DNA from: a virus
Lineage: Duplodnaviria; Caudoviricetes
IMG/VR virus record: IMGVR_UViG_3300021411_000002
Coordinates: 1-46,195 of that record
Strand: one strand, 5' to 3'
Length of the DNA stretch: 46,195 bases
Shown here: piece by piece, positions 1 through 9,423 of the stretch
How the letters are laid out: every line of letters begins with the position of its first letter
How positions within the stretch are numbered: the stretch's first letter is position 1
The notes under the pieces: model-generated
The model's input: the letters and a program-made list of their open reading frames with translations, nothing else
Told to the model about the DNA's origin: nothing
Databases searched by the model: none
Made by a program: the position numbers and the translations under genes

Positions 1-127
1 TTGGGCGCGGCAGTCGGCGCCGTACCGACCTTGGTCGGCTCGACCTACAGTTTCAGCGTCTACGCGTCCGGATCGGGAAACCACAAACTAACGATTCAGC
101 CCTACGACATCACCGGAGCCGCGCTGA
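1..127. repeat. Terminal direct repeat, copy 1 (circularisation overlap)
   Basis: Identical to 46069-46195. Confidence 0.95.
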
Positions 128-405
128 CCCCCTACGTGGGTCCGGCGGTCGCTTTGACCGGAGTGATGCAGCGGCTGTTCGTGGACAACTGGGCCCCTCC
201 GTTGACCGCCGTGAGCCTGTCGGCCGGACTGCAGGCATTCAGTACCACCGCGGTCACCACTACCGGCTGGCAGTTGGAGATTGACCAGGCCCATTCGGTC
301 TGGGGCGTGGGCGCTGGGTGTCCAACGGTGTTGGTGGTCGGGCTGACCGAGTCGTACCCATACGTAGACCGAACCACCAGTACCCTATCGCTGCAGGAGG
401 TCTGA
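1..405 (+). CDS. 3' part of minor (distal) tail protein; gene starts at 45601 and crosses the circular junction (~290 aa)
   Basis: In frame with the ORF starting ATG 45601 through the 127-bp overlap; lies between the tape measure and large tail genes; ends GGAGG SD + TGA. Confidence 0.7.
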   Translation: MGAAVGAVPTLVGSTYSFSVYASGSGNHKLTIQPYDITGAALTPYVGPAVALTGVMQRLFVDNWAPPLTAVSLSAGLQAFSTTAVTTTGWQLEIDQAHSVWGVGAGCPTVLVVGLTESYPYVDRTTSTLSLQEV

Positions 406-407
406 CC

Positions 408-3400
408 GTGCAGTTTCCGCCCGCGACCGCGCCGGACCTGGCCGCCGCGTTGGCTCCGGGGCAGGTCCGGCTGATCAGAGCCAAGCTTTTGTTTGATTGG
501 AATCGAGACGGACTATTCACTCACGCCTACTCGGACCTGTCGGACTGTTTGACCGATTACACCTTGGATCGACAACTGACTGGTAACCTACCCACCGACG
601 TTACTCTGGTCCAGGGCTATTCGGCGGCCACGCTGGACCTGACGTTGGCCGGCACACCCGCGTTTACGGGGGCGATCGGGGTAGTGCCCCTGTTCTTCAA
701 ATTCAACACCGCCAGTCCATTTTGGACGACAGTCTCCGGCGTGACCGCGCCAATCATCACCGAAGGTGTTCCGGTCACGTTGGACTTGATCGTTACGATC
801 CCGGCCACCGGGACCATCTACACGATTCGGCGGTTCACGGGTAGAACTCGAATTTGCGAGCCTCAACGCGCCGGAGGAATTGTCAAGATCTCGTGCCTGG
901 ACCGGGCCGCCAGTCTGGCGTCATTGCTAACTTTACCGGTGGTGGGAATAGACGGGGCCGCCATCACCACGCACCACCTGACCACCGCCACGCTGGTACC
1001 GGCCAGCGTCCAGACGCAGCCTTACCTGAACGCGGCTGGGGCGATCGACTACGCACTACGCGCGTCCGGTGTGCACGTGGGCCCGGCGCCGCATCCCACC
1101 GCCTCGATCAGCATGCCGATGACGGGGACACTGTGGCCCGAGGTGGGGGTCTCCAACTTCGCCGGTCTTCCCATGGGCGGCCAGTCTACGATCAACAACG
1201 AACCGCCGGCTTGGCAGAATGGGAAGTATGGGCCTGCACCTGCTCCCACTATTCAATATTTCTCCCAAGTTCCCCTGATACCTACTGCGGCTTTTGACAC
1301 GGTAAGTCTCAGCTCCCCCGGAACCCCCTACTCGGTCGGAGTAGGGTTCTGGGTCTACGGGCCCCAGCCGATCTATAACGAGTCGCAGTCGGTCTACTTG
1401 GGGGCTTACGGGTACGTGACTGTCGCTAGCTCGACCGGTGGTCTGGGTGGCCCGATCACCTTCATTCTGTCCCTCGCCCCGGACGGGCTGGTCCGCGGTG
1501 AACTGGCCGACGCCAACCACAATTACGACGTGATTGTCGTAGGCAACCCCGGCGCACCCCTGTCCGCCGGGTGGCATTACGTTGCGGCGGTTATGACTTT
1601 TTCGGGAACCGACGCCGTTTGCACCTTTTTCATCGATGGCACCACCCTACCGGCCCGCAGTTTCTTTTTCGTAAACATCAACCAGAGATTCGAAACGGGG
1701 GTTGCGCCCTGGACACTGGGCGGTGGTACCCTCACTCAATCCAGCACTCACGCGCATTTTGGTACCTTTTCGGCGAAAAGCGTGCCCGATGGCGTGACGG
1801 CCGTTAACCAGTTTTTCTCCGAATTGATTCCGGTCAAAGTGGGTTGTTCTTACAACGCGGATGTCTGGGTCTGGTTCACTTCCGCCGTTACGGCGAACTA
1901 TTCGACTTCGATCTCTTGGTTCAACGCCGATGGTGCCTTTCTCAGCACTTCTGTCAATTTTGTATCGGTGCCGGCGGCCACCTGGACCAACGTGGTAAAC
2001 GGTTTCACCGCGCCCGCAGGCGCAGCTTTCGGCGCGTTGGCGCCCGAATTGCAAGGAACGCCGTCTGCGGCGCAGATCTGGTACCTCGACGATGCGTTTT
2101 TGATCGCGAACGGTTTCGGTCCGGTCGGATCAGTTGGCGTCCCGACCAACCAACTATGTGCCTTCGGGATCTTGATGCCGATGCAATACGGCCAGATCTG
2201 GTCTTACCAGGGCGATGCGAGCTTCATGACCGGCGTAAACACCTGGCCCAAGGACCCGCCGACAACGGTCACCCCCCATCACTTGGGCGTATCGTTGAAC
2301 AACCTGACCAACCTGCCCAACGTGCTGAACACCGACGCTTGGGGCTTGATCAAGGACGTTGCGGGGGCCGAGCTGGCGGTGGTGTTCTTCGACGAGTACG
2401 GCAGTTTCCAGTTCTACAACCGAACGGATCTGAAGGGCTTTTTCACTTATCCTCTCGGATCGACCGCCTCGACCGCACCGCAGTTGACCATTGACCAGAT
2501 GACCGATCTGGGTATGACCGGGGCGATCGACGGGGTGCGCAACATCATTGGCTGGCAATCCACCAGCGCTGAGACCTGGTTCCAGACCGTCTGGGCGCCT
2601 GCATCTTACAATACGCTGGACGTGTCTCCGTTCTCCACTCTGGTGGTGCCGATCGCCGACTCGACCGTCCAGGAATTCGATACCGATTGTGTTTTCTTGG
2701 GGGATTTCACCCCTGACCTCTGGACCCAATTCGGGCTGGACAAGGGTTGGTACGCCATCCGGACCGATACCGGCGCCGCGCTGGGCACGGTCCGGGGCGG
2801 TAACAGCTTCGGCGGGGTCACGGTCACCATCAGCACCGTACTGGGCGGTCGGTTCGCCACCCTATCCATCCAGAACACCAACGCCTACACCGTTCGGTTC
2901 AGTTCCCTGCCGTCCGGTGGCGGCAACGGTTCGCCGAGCCTACGGATCGGGGGTTACAAACTGATCACCGATCCGGCGCAGTCCGGGCTGGTGGCACACG
3001 CCGGTAGCCGTGTGACCTACGGTGATCAGACCTTGGACTTGGGCGGCAGTTCCTGGGTTCAGCTCCCCTCCAGTGCTCAGACGATCGCGCAGTCGATCTT
3101 GGCCGACACCAAGAACCCGATCCCGATAATGCAGCAGATTCCCATCGTCGGGGACCCTCGAATTCAGTTGGGTGACGTCTTTCCCATTACTGACCCTGGG
3201 TACGCCGGGACCCGGTTCGTCGCGGTGATAACTGCCGTCCACGAGACCTTTACCGCTGCCCAAGGCGGTGCAGGCATCTCTGCGGCCGGCGCGACCAGCC
3301 CGGCCGGCACTCAACACGGCCAAGGACTGTCGACCGACCTGATGTTGGCGCTGATCAGCCCGCCGGGGGCTTGGATTCTGGGCGATCCGGTTTGGGGTGT

Positions 3401-3428
3401 ACTGGGCACCACCACCCAACTAGTGTAG
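408..3428 (+). CDS. Large minor tail / baseplate-hub protein with probable LamG-like and carbohydrate-binding inserts
   Basis: GTG 408 follows GGAGG; second gene after the TMP; GWHYVAAV..FFIDG (LamG-like); NQRFETGVAPW...WYLDDA (CBM-like); C-terminal GDPRIQLGD typical of tail hub proteins. Confidence 0.75.
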   Translation: MQFPPATAPDLAAALAPGQVRLIRAKLLFDWNRDGLFTHAYSDLSDCLTDYTLDRQLTGNLPTDVTLVQGYSAATLDLTLAGTPAFTGAIGVVPLFFKFNTASPFWTTVSGVTAPIITEGVPVTLDLIVTIPATGTIYTIRRFTGRTRICEPQRAGGIVKISCLDRAASLASLLTLPVVGIDGAAITTHHLTTATLVPASVQTQPYLNAAGAIDYALRASGVHVGPAPHPTASISMPMTGTLWPEVGVSNFAGLPMGGQSTINNEPPAWQNGKYGPAPAPTIQYFSQVPLIPTAAFDTVSLSSPGTPYSVGVGFWVYGPQPIYNESQSVYLGAYGYVTVASSTGGLGGPITFILSLAPDGLVRGELADANHNYDVIVVGNPGAPLSAGWHYVAAVMTFSGTDAVCTFFIDGTTLPARSFFFVNINQRFETGVAPWTLGGGTLTQSSTHAHFGTFSAKSVPDGVTAVNQFFSELIPVKVGCSYNADVWVWFTSAVTANYSTSISWFNADGAFLSTSVNFVSVPAATWTNVVNGFTAPAGAAFGALAPELQGTPSAAQIWYLDDAFLIANGFGPVGSVGVPTNQLCAFGILMPMQYGQIWSYQGDASFMTGVNTWPKDPPTTVTPHHLGVSLNNLTNLPNVLNTDAWGLIKDVAGAELAVVFFDEYGSFQFYNRTDLKGFFTYPLGSTASTAPQLTIDQMTDLGMTGAIDGVRNIIGWQSTSAETWFQTVWAPASYNTLDVSPFSTLVVPIADSTVQEFDTDCVFLGDFTPDLWTQFGLDKGWYAIRTDTGAALGTVRGGNSFGGVTVTISTVLGGRFATLSIQNTNAYTVRFSSLPSGGGNGSPSLRIGGYKLITDPAQSGLVAHAGSRVTYGDQTLDLGGSSWVQLPSSAQTIAQSILADTKNPIPIMQQIPIVGDPRIQLGDVFPITDPGYAGTRFVAVITAVHETFTAAQGGAGISAAGATSPAGTQHGQGLSTDLMLALISPPGAWILGDPVWGVLGTTTQLV

Positions 3429-3438
3429 AGGTGCCGGT

Positions 3439-3960
3439 ATGGCCACTGCTCCGAACGCGATGACCACTTTCACCGAGCCGATGATGGTTCACGCCACCGA
3501 TCTGAATCCGTTCACGGCGAATATCAACGATCTATATACGAACCAGTCGGTCAACGGGTTCTTTAGCCGATACAGTATGTCCAACAGCGCGGTGAGTACC
3601 GCTTGGACGGTCGCCACTCTCGTCCTGCAGGAGGGCACTGGGTTAGGAATCTCCGGGTCGAGTAACCAACTCATTCTTGCTGCCGGCATCTGGGAAGTTT
3701 CCTGGAATGTCCAGTTGATCGCGGGGGCTATTGCCACAGGCGTAATAAATCTGTCCACCGACACCACGACGACGTCCTCCAATCCGATCATCGTCTCGGA
3801 CCTGGCCGGCAACAACGGGATCACGGGCACTTCGGTCACCACCCATATTCGGTCCACTGGAACGGCGGTTTTGTCCGCCAAGATATTCCTTAACAACGCT
3901 GTCGGAGTCGGCGCTCCTAATATCGCTCGACTAACACTCATGAAAGAGGCTTTTTCCTAA
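3439..3960 (+). CDS. Minor tail / fibre-like protein
   Basis: Follows the large tail gene; beta-rich, Thr/Ser-rich; GAGGTG SD. Confidence 0.55.
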   Translation: MATAPNAMTTFTEPMMVHATDLNPFTANINDLYTNQSVNGFFSRYSMSNSAVSTAWTVATLVLQEGTGLGISGSSNQLILAAGIWEVSWNVQLIAGAIATGVINLSTDTTTTSSNPIIVSDLAGNNGITGTSVTTHIRSTGTAVLSAKIFLNNAVGVGAPNIARLTLMKEAFS

Positions 3961-3971
3961 GGGGGCCGATC

Positions 3972-4385
3972 ATGCCATCGGCACCGCGTCATCGTCTGCA
4001 GGTTTCAATCACACTGCTGTGTCTACAAGCGGTAGCCGCGATCTTGCACGCGGTGCCGGGTCTGGTCTACGCCACTCGGGTGGGCCGGACCACCACTCGG
4101 GTGGTGGCTTACATTCAAGATCTGGGCCCGTTGTGGGTGTTTGCTTTCGGGATCAGCTCGTTATTTTTGGGCGCTACCCTACTGCGCGGTCGGGGCATGC
4201 ACTACGGGCATCTGGCCTGCGCCAGTGTTTGGGTGATGTACGCGGTCGCGCTGTGGCTCGGAGCATTGGCAGATACGCCGAAAGGGACGGTGTTTTACCC
4301 AACGGTCACCTCAGTTTTAGTCTTCATCCACCTCATCTTGGCTATTAGCTACAACGAAAACGCAGGGGTAAGGGTGAGACAGTGA
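3972..4385 (+). CDS. Membrane protein (~4 TM), lysis-region
   Basis: Four hydrophobic stretches; coupled to the next gene by GTGA overlap. Confidence 0.6.
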   Translation: MPSAPRHRLQVSITLLCLQAVAAILHAVPGLVYATRVGRTTTRVVAYIQDLGPLWVFAFGISSLFLGATLLRGRGMHYGHLACASVWVMYAVALWLGALADTPKGTVFYPTVTSVLVFIHLILAISYNENAGVRVRQ

Positions 4386-4720
4386 ACGCGAACACGACCG
4401 GTGCTCTAGTTTCCGGCCTGTCCGCGCTGTTGTTCGTGATCCTGGCACTACTCACCTTCCGATCCCGGCGTTCCAGCAACGAGGCTCGAGACCTTCGTGC
4501 GGTCCGGGCCACCAACGTGGCCGCGCTACGCTGGGCCTACCGGGTGCAGGTGCTGGCGGCAGTGCGCGGCTGGGAGTTGCCACCCATACCCAAAGAAATG
4601 ACCCCCGAGTACCTGGCGGGTAAAGCCGAGGGTGAAGGAAACCCGGAGCTCGCCCAGCTCGCCCAGCTCGCCAGTGGTCTAATTCCACCCAAGGGACCGA
4701 TGGGAGAGACCCACCTATGA
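4382..4720 (+). CDS. Membrane-anchored protein
   Basis: N-terminal TM helix followed by a basic patch; 4-bp overlaps at both ends. Confidence 0.6.
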   Translation: MNANTTGALVSGLSALLFVILALLTFRSRRSSNEARDLRAVRATNVAALRWAYRVQVLAAVRGWELPPIPKEMTPEYLAGKAEGEGNPELAQLAQLASGLIPPKGPMGETHL

Positions 4721-5580
4721 CCGGCCCATCCGAAACGCCAGTCGAGGCGTTCCAGCCACCGACACCGGTTGGCCGCGCCCAGACCGCAGTACGACGCATC
4801 CCCGCATGGACACTGTTGGTGCTGGGTGCGCTGGTGGTGGCCGCCCTGATTCCATTGTCGATTTTATTGACCTCGCATGCCAACGTCAGCCAAACCAATG
4901 CGGACGCAGCCAACGCCCAGGTCACTGCAGTGAAAAGCCAAGCCGCGCCGTTGGCCGGACAGGTGCAATCGGTCTGCGGTCAGGGGGGCGCGGCCGCTGC
5001 GGCGTTGAACAATGCGGGTGCGTGCGCCCAGGCCAGTAGAGTGGTCAGTGTGGTAGCCGGACCGCCGGGACCGTCCGGCTTGCCGGGGGCCAACGGTGTG
5101 GCCGGCCGGGGGATTGCCAGCACCCATCTGACGAACGGTGATTTATTTGTGGTGTATACCGATGGCTCTCAAACCGACGTCGGAGCGGTAACCGGTCCGA
5201 CTGGTGTCGCCGGACAAAACGGCCGGGGGATCTCCGGATCCAAAATCACCGGTACCGATCTGGTGATCAGCTATACGGACGGGACCAGCAGCGACCTGGG
5301 TAACGTGGTAGGACCGACCGGTACCGCCGGACAGAACGGAACGGCCGGTCAGAACGGAGCCAACGGGCGTTCGGTCACTTCGGTCATGATCTCGGGCGGC
5401 CATCTGGTAGTGGCTTATTCGGACGGTACCGCGCAGGATGCCGGACCGTTGCCGACCGGTCCGGCCTGTCCGACCGGGTATGCACCGCAGACCGCGGTCA
5501 TCACGGTACCGACAACCGATCCGAACAACCCTCTGGTGTCTGCTACTCAGGTTCCTGGAATCGCGTGCGTACAAAGCTAA
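4717..5580 (+). CDS. Membrane-anchored collagen-like (Gly-X-Y) protein
   Basis: One TM helix; GPPGPSGLPGANG-type triplets alternating with three GxLxVxYxDG repeats. Confidence 0.7.
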   Translation: MTGPSETPVEAFQPPTPVGRAQTAVRRIPAWTLLVLGALVVAALIPLSILLTSHANVSQTNADAANAQVTAVKSQAAPLAGQVQSVCGQGGAAAAALNNAGACAQASRVVSVVAGPPGPSGLPGANGVAGRGIASTHLTNGDLFVVYTDGSQTDVGAVTGPTGVAGQNGRGISGSKITGTDLVISYTDGTSSDLGNVVGPTGTAGQNGTAGQNGANGRSVTSVMISGGHLVVAYSDGTAQDAGPLPTGPACPTGYAPQTAVITVPTTDPNNPLVSATQVPGIACVQS

Positions 5581-5602
5581 GGTCGCTGGTAGTAGAGTGG
5601 TC

Positions 5603-5617
5603 TTACCTATTGGGAAA
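5603..5617. promoter_or_regulatory. TTACC-N5-GGTAA motif, one mismatch
   Basis: TTACC tattg GGAAA upstream of ATG 5625. Confidence 0.4.
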
Positions 5618-5624
5618 GGGCATC

Positions 5625-5864
5625 ATGACTCTGACTCTGCGCGAGGAAATCCACCAGACCATTGATCGGCTGGCCAAGCTACTGCACCAGCGTCATGGAG
5701 ACTCACTTCCGGACGACGCCCAAACTCATTTGGAAAGGTTGCGCAACACGGCAATTCCCGGCGAGAGCACCGACCCCGAGTACAGCACCGACGATCCCGA
5801 GTCAACCGCGATCGGCGGTCTACACCCCGATACCGGTCCGGCTACGCCTCCGGTCGCGGACTAG
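5625..5864 (+). CDS. Hypothetical protein
   Basis: ATG after GAAAGGG; fills the gap between genes. Confidence 0.55.
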   Translation: MTLTLREEIHQTIDRLAKLLHQRHGDSLPDDAQTHLERLRNTAIPGESTDPEYSTDDPESTAIGGLHPDTGPATPPVAD

Positions 5865-5867
5865 TCC

Positions 5868-6182
5868 ATGTGGGCCTGGGTGGGTACCACCGACCCCAGC
5901 GGGTTTTGGTACCTGTTCTGGTCCGGCATTTTTCCGGACGTCACCATCCCGCCGACGATCGTGATCGCGTTGTATGCCGGCTGGCGCCGGCACAACTGCG
6001 AGACCCAAGGGTGCCGGCGCTTCGGTCGACACGAATGGCTCGACCCTTCCACCGGCCAGTCTCATCGGCTGTGTCGCCACTGTCATCCGCTCGGGCACCT
6101 GACCGCGTCCGGGATCAAGGAGACCCACAATGAGTACGCTTCCTACACCTCCGGTAGCCCCATCAACGCCCCGAAGAGTTGA
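5868..6182 (+). CDS. Small membrane protein with Cys/His cluster
   Basis: Hydrophobic N-half; HNC..GC..GRH..C.HCHP. Confidence 0.55.
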   Translation: MWAWVGTTDPSGFWYLFWSGIFPDVTIPPTIVIALYAGWRRHNCETQGCRRFGRHEWLDPSTGQSHRLCRHCHPLGHLTASGIKETHNEYASYTSGSPINAPKS

Positions 6183-6372
6183 AACCAAGGTCACCGTCGC
6201 TACCGTCGTTACCGGTCTGGCCGGACTGGGCGGTGCAATGTTGAACACCTTCGTAGGCAATTCGGCTCTGCTCGGAGTGTTGCCCGCCTGGGCACAGTTC
6301 CTGATCATCACGCTGGCCCCAGCGATCGTGACCTTTCTGACCGCCTACGCGGCGCCGCACACATCCCGTTAG
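6130..6372 (+). CDS. Holin (putative)
   Basis: 80 aa, 2 TM helices; VETKV...YAAPHT pattern as in actinophage holins; AAGGAG SD. Confidence 0.65.
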   Translation: MSTLPTPPVAPSTPRRVETKVTVATVVTGLAGLGGAMLNTFVGNSALLGVLPAWAQFLIITLAPAIVTFLTAYAAPHTSR

Positions 6373-6377
6373 TTATA

Positions 6378-6392
6378 TTACCCTCTTGGTAT
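6378..6392. promoter_or_regulatory. TTACC-N5-GGTAA motif, one mismatch
   Basis: TTACC ctctt GGTAT in the intergenic gap. Confidence 0.5.
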
Positions 6393-6431
6393 GGCCGCGA
6401 TCACACAGCAGCTACCGAAAGGACACCAGCA

Positions 6432-6701
6432 ATGAACGTGTCGGTGCGCGATGGGACCCCGAACCTGTCGGAGCGGATGCACGGGGCGGTTCGGCAGTTG
6501 GCGATGGATGGCCAAGCCGGACCGCTCGGACAGTTGGCGGACGATCTGATCGACCTGTGCCTGAAGATCACGCCGAGTTGGGCGACGGTGGTCCCGATCG
6601 AGCAGCTCGTTCGCGTTATCAAACGGGATCTACGGGTATGGGGACCGGGCGATGTTACAATGGACCAAGGAGCGGGACCGGGCGGCGCGCTTCGGCGGTA
6701 G
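6432..6701 (+). CDS. Hypothetical protein
   Basis: GAAAGGA SD upstream of ATG. Confidence 0.5.
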   Translation: MNVSVRDGTPNLSERMHGAVRQLAMDGQAGPLGQLADDLIDLCLKITPSWATVVPIEQLVRVIKRDLRVWGPGDVTMDQGAGPGGALRR

Positions 6702-6763
6702 GGGTAGTTCGGTGGCCCGCACCTCGCGTACTTCATCCTCCGCGAGACGTGCGGGCCATCGGC

Positions 6764-7258
6764 TTATTCCGAGATCTTAGCCCGAAGCGCCCGCGCCTTA
6801 TCGACCAGCTCCGCCAATTTGTGACACAGGTCCCGGACTAGGTTCGATTCGGGATCAGGACCGTAGGAAAACACAGTCCGGGGCTGGTTGGGGTCCAACA
6901 TCAGTCGACTGGTCTTCCAGGTGATCAGGCTGTCGTCGACCCACAGGACGCCATTGGCCGCGTCGCAGAAGTGCTTTTCCAGGTTGTCCAGGTCCACCAC
7001 TTGCCGCGACGCACGATAAAACGTGAGGGTCAGCCAGACGTTGGTACCCATGATCGGCAGATCCCGGGCGATCAGTGCGTCGCGTGTCACCTTCTCCGCT
7101 GCGGCGTCTTCCGGGTCTTGGTGAGTCCGCGGATTCCGCCCCTTCACAGCCTTGCTGATCCGCGGCCGACGCTTGGCCCAGGGCTGCCAGTTCAGTTGGC
7201 CGCCCCAGCTCATCGAGGCGTAGTCGTAGTCCGGGTGCTGCTCGGGGTCAGTCACCAT
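6764..7258 (-). CDS. rusA: RusA-family Holliday junction resolvase
   Basis: DLDNLEKHFCDAANGVLWVDDSLI matches the RusA DxDNxxK..D......DD signature. Confidence 0.85.
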   Translation of the reverse strand: MVTDPEQHPDYDYASMSWGGQLNWQPWAKRRPRISKAVKGRNPRTHQDPEDAAAEKVTRDALIARDLPIMGTNVWLTLTFYRASRQVVDLDNLEKHFCDAANGVLWVDDSLITWKTSRLMLDPNQPRTVFSYGPDPESNLVRDLCHKLAELVDKARALRAKISE

Positions 7259-7505
7259 TGGTCGCTGTCGCCGGTTCAGAGCGATCGGCCCACTGCTGGA
7301 GACGTTCGTTGAGTACTGCGGCGTAGATTCCGCGATTCCGATTTCGCGCGGTGGCCTGGTCGTCTAATGACCAACCGGTGAGTTTGACGATCTTTTGCAT
7401 GACCTCGAAGGACGGTAGTCTCGCCCCGGTCCGGATACGGCTCACCGTGGCCACGGTCAAACCTAGCTCGTTGGCCACGGTCTGGTGGGTCGGAATCCAG
7501 CTCAT
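7248..7505 (-). CDS. XRE/Cro-type helix-turn-helix regulator (leaderless)
   Basis: THQTVANELGLTVATVSRIRTGARLPS HTH; -10-like TAGACT 6 nt before the ATG on the minus strand. Confidence 0.85.
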   Translation of the reverse strand: MSWIPTHQTVANELGLTVATVSRIRTGARLPSFEVMQKIVKLTGWSLDDQATARNRNRGIYAAVLNERLQQWADRSEPATATNGD

Positions 7506-7514
7506 TAGGCCAGT

Positions 7515-7529
7515 CTACCAGGTTGGTAA
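7515..7529. promoter_or_regulatory. Operator/promoter motif overlapping the HTH gene promoter
   Basis: CTACC aggtt GGTAA. Confidence 0.65.
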
Positions 7530-7548
7530 TATCCCCCTTTTGTTCGGC

Positions 7549-7563
7549 TTACCCGCATGGTAA
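7549..7563. promoter_or_regulatory. TTACC-N5-GGTAA operator/promoter
   Basis: TTACC cgcat GGTAA, continuing as -10 TAAGAT. Confidence 0.75.
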
Positions 7564-7611
7564 GATAGAACCTAGCGGGGCCGCCCGGCCCGAACCGAGA
7601 GGATGATCACC

Positions 7612-8637
7612 GTGCCGAAGTCCACCAATTCCAAGCGCGCCAACGCCAGTCGGGTCGCGGAAGCCGCCCGTTCCGATCAGGGAACCGACCCCCAGATTCT
7701 GGCGCAGACCGATGCAGTGCTGAAGACCCCCGTTCGCCGCGACCCCGTAGCCGACCGCGAGGCGTTCCTGCGCGCGCTGCAGGCCAAGGACGACGCCCAG
7801 ATCGAAGCCACCTGGCCCGGCGCCGTTGTGACCAAGACGATGCTGGCTGATAAGGTCATTTCGCATCACGGCGAGGGCGACTATTCCATCACTGGTCGCG
7901 GTCTAGCCGAACTCATGGGCCCCTACGAAATCGTGCCGGACGCGGATGGTCTGGAGCCCGAGCAGACTGGCCAGTACGGCGAGGATGACGTGGTCGGCTC
8001 GGAGCTGACCGAGGACGCCACCCAGGAGCAGTTGGACGCCGAGTATGACACGACCGTGGTGGAGATTCGGGCCGAGATCGGCACCACCTGCGCCTGCGGT
8101 TGCGGCGCCGGGATCACCCCCAAGCGGGTTTTCCGTCAGGGTCACGACCAGCGGCTGATCGGTCTGCTGGCCGAGGCCGCCCGTGACGGCAAGGAGATCG
8201 GGCACCTGTCCGGCGGCGTGTTGATCACCGGTTCGCCCCGGACCTACGGCGCCAAGGTCTTGGCCGATGGCGGGCAGTACAAGTTGGACAACGCCATCAA
8301 ACTCGCTTTGATTCATTTGCAGAAACGTACGGAGCGTTTGCTGGCCAAGAAGGCTCGTGCGACCGCGGCCGCCCGTCGCGAGATCGCCGCACTGGAACAG
8401 GAGCTGGCCGACGTTCCGACGACCCAGACCAGCGATGTCCCTCTGGCTAAGGTCCCGCACGAGCCAGCTCACAAGCCTGGCGATGAGATCGGCGTCCGGA
8501 TCGGTCGGCACATCTACAACGCGCGAATCCACGGAATGAACCAGGCCGGCAAGGTGACTGCCGTCGAGTACACCGTGAAATCGTCCGGTGCCAAGAAGAT
8601 CGCGCTCGGGGGCAAGTTCGAGATTACGAGCGACTGA
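7612..8637 (+). CDS. Early protein with CxCGCG...F.xGHD motif
   Basis: GTG after GAGAGGATGA; CACGCGAGITPKRVFRQGHDQRL. Confidence 0.7.
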   Translation: MPKSTNSKRANASRVAEAARSDQGTDPQILAQTDAVLKTPVRRDPVADREAFLRALQAKDDAQIEATWPGAVVTKTMLADKVISHHGEGDYSITGRGLAELMGPYEIVPDADGLEPEQTGQYGEDDVVGSELTEDATQEQLDAEYDTTVVEIRAEIGTTCACGCGAGITPKRVFRQGHDQRLIGLLAEAARDGKEIGHLSGGVLITGSPRTYGAKVLADGGQYKLDNAIKLALIHLQKRTERLLAKKARATAAARREIAALEQELADVPTTQTSDVPLAKVPHEPAHKPGDEIGVRIGRHIYNARIHGMNQAGKVTAVEYTVKSSGAKKIALGGKFEITSD

Positions 8638-8642
8638 TGACT

Positions 8643-8687
8643 ACCACCCTCGTCCCGCCTGGGATCGGCCCGCGGGACGAGGGTGGT
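8643..8687. terminator. GC-rich hairpin, probable terminator
   Basis: 16-bp perfect stem ACCACCCTCGTCCCGC / GCGGGACGAGGGTGGT just after the stop. Confidence 0.7.
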
Positions 8688-8731
8688 TCCACAGCATACC
8701 GCATCCCCCGAGTGGGGGATTCCTGGGATAC

Positions 8732-8746
8732 TTACCTACGTGGTAA
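8732..8746. promoter_or_regulatory. TTACC-N5-GGTAA operator/promoter
   Basis: TTACC tacgt GGTAA. Confidence 0.75.
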
Positions 8747-8778
8747 CGTGTTCTCACCTGGATAGGAGGTAACCGCCC

Positions 8779-9396
8779 GTGCCTCAAGCACCCGTCAGAC
8801 TGCAGCAGGTCGTCTGCTCCTACTGCACCAATGACCAGCACCCACAATGTCCCGGCGCGATCCGAATCCCCGCCACCGAACGGGTGATCGTTTGCAAATG
8901 CTGCACTCCACCGTCCGGCATGTGCACCACCTGCGGCAACCGGACCGCGGGGGAAGTGGACCCCATTACTTGGTATTGTCTGGACCGATACGCCTGTTCG
9001 GCTCGGGTGCAGATTCGGTGCGAACAATCACCGCTGTATCGAATGCTGCAGGACGCACGACTGGACGGTGCGGTCAAACGGCGCCGGCAACGGTTGGAGG
9101 TAGAGCGAATCCAAGCCAACGGGTTGCCGCCCGACGAACAGGACTCGTTCGAGGTGCGCGGTAATGGAAAACCACGCAGCCCGACTCGACCCAAGTCCGG
9201 CGCCTGTCTGTGCTGCGGCGAACCGACCAAAGGTGGTAAGTTCCGGCCCGGACACGACGCCAAGTACAAGGGCAAGCTGCAGCGTGCGGCACTGGCCGGC
9301 GACACCGCTGCCGTCGCCGTGCTCACCGAACACGGATGGCCACTGCCCAAGGGCGTCACCTCGACCGAGCCGCAGGTCCTCGCCCCTTCCGCGTGA
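8779..9396 (+). CDS. Cys-rich zinc-binding protein with CxCCG...FRPGHD motif
   Basis: AGGAGGT SD; several CxxC pairs; CLCCGEPTKGGKFRPGHDAKY. Confidence 0.7.
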   Translation: MPQAPVRLQQVVCSYCTNDQHPQCPGAIRIPATERVIVCKCCTPPSGMCTTCGNRTAGEVDPITWYCLDRYACSARVQIRCEQSPLYRMLQDARLDGAVKRRRQRLEVERIQANGLPPDEQDSFEVRGNGKPRSPTRPKSGACLCCGEPTKGGKFRPGHDAKYKGKLQRAALAGDTAAVAVLTEHGWPLPKGVTSTEPQVLAPSA

Positions 9397-9416
9397 TCTT
9401 ACCTTTGTGGTAAGAT
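9396..9416. promoter_or_regulatory. Extended operator/promoter ATCTTACC-N5-GGTAAGAT
   Basis: 8-bp perfect arms; TAAGAT -10 lies 7 nt before GTG 9424. Confidence 0.8.
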
Positions 9417-9423
9417 TAGATGT

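Noticed and set aside
4647-4674. 9-bp tandem repeat (AGCTCGCCC)
   Set aside because: In-frame LAQ repeat within a coding region; no sign of a separate function
7248-7563. Lysogeny switch
   Set aside because: HTH and divergent operators are present, but no integrase or ParAB is visible, so a temperate lifestyle is unsupported
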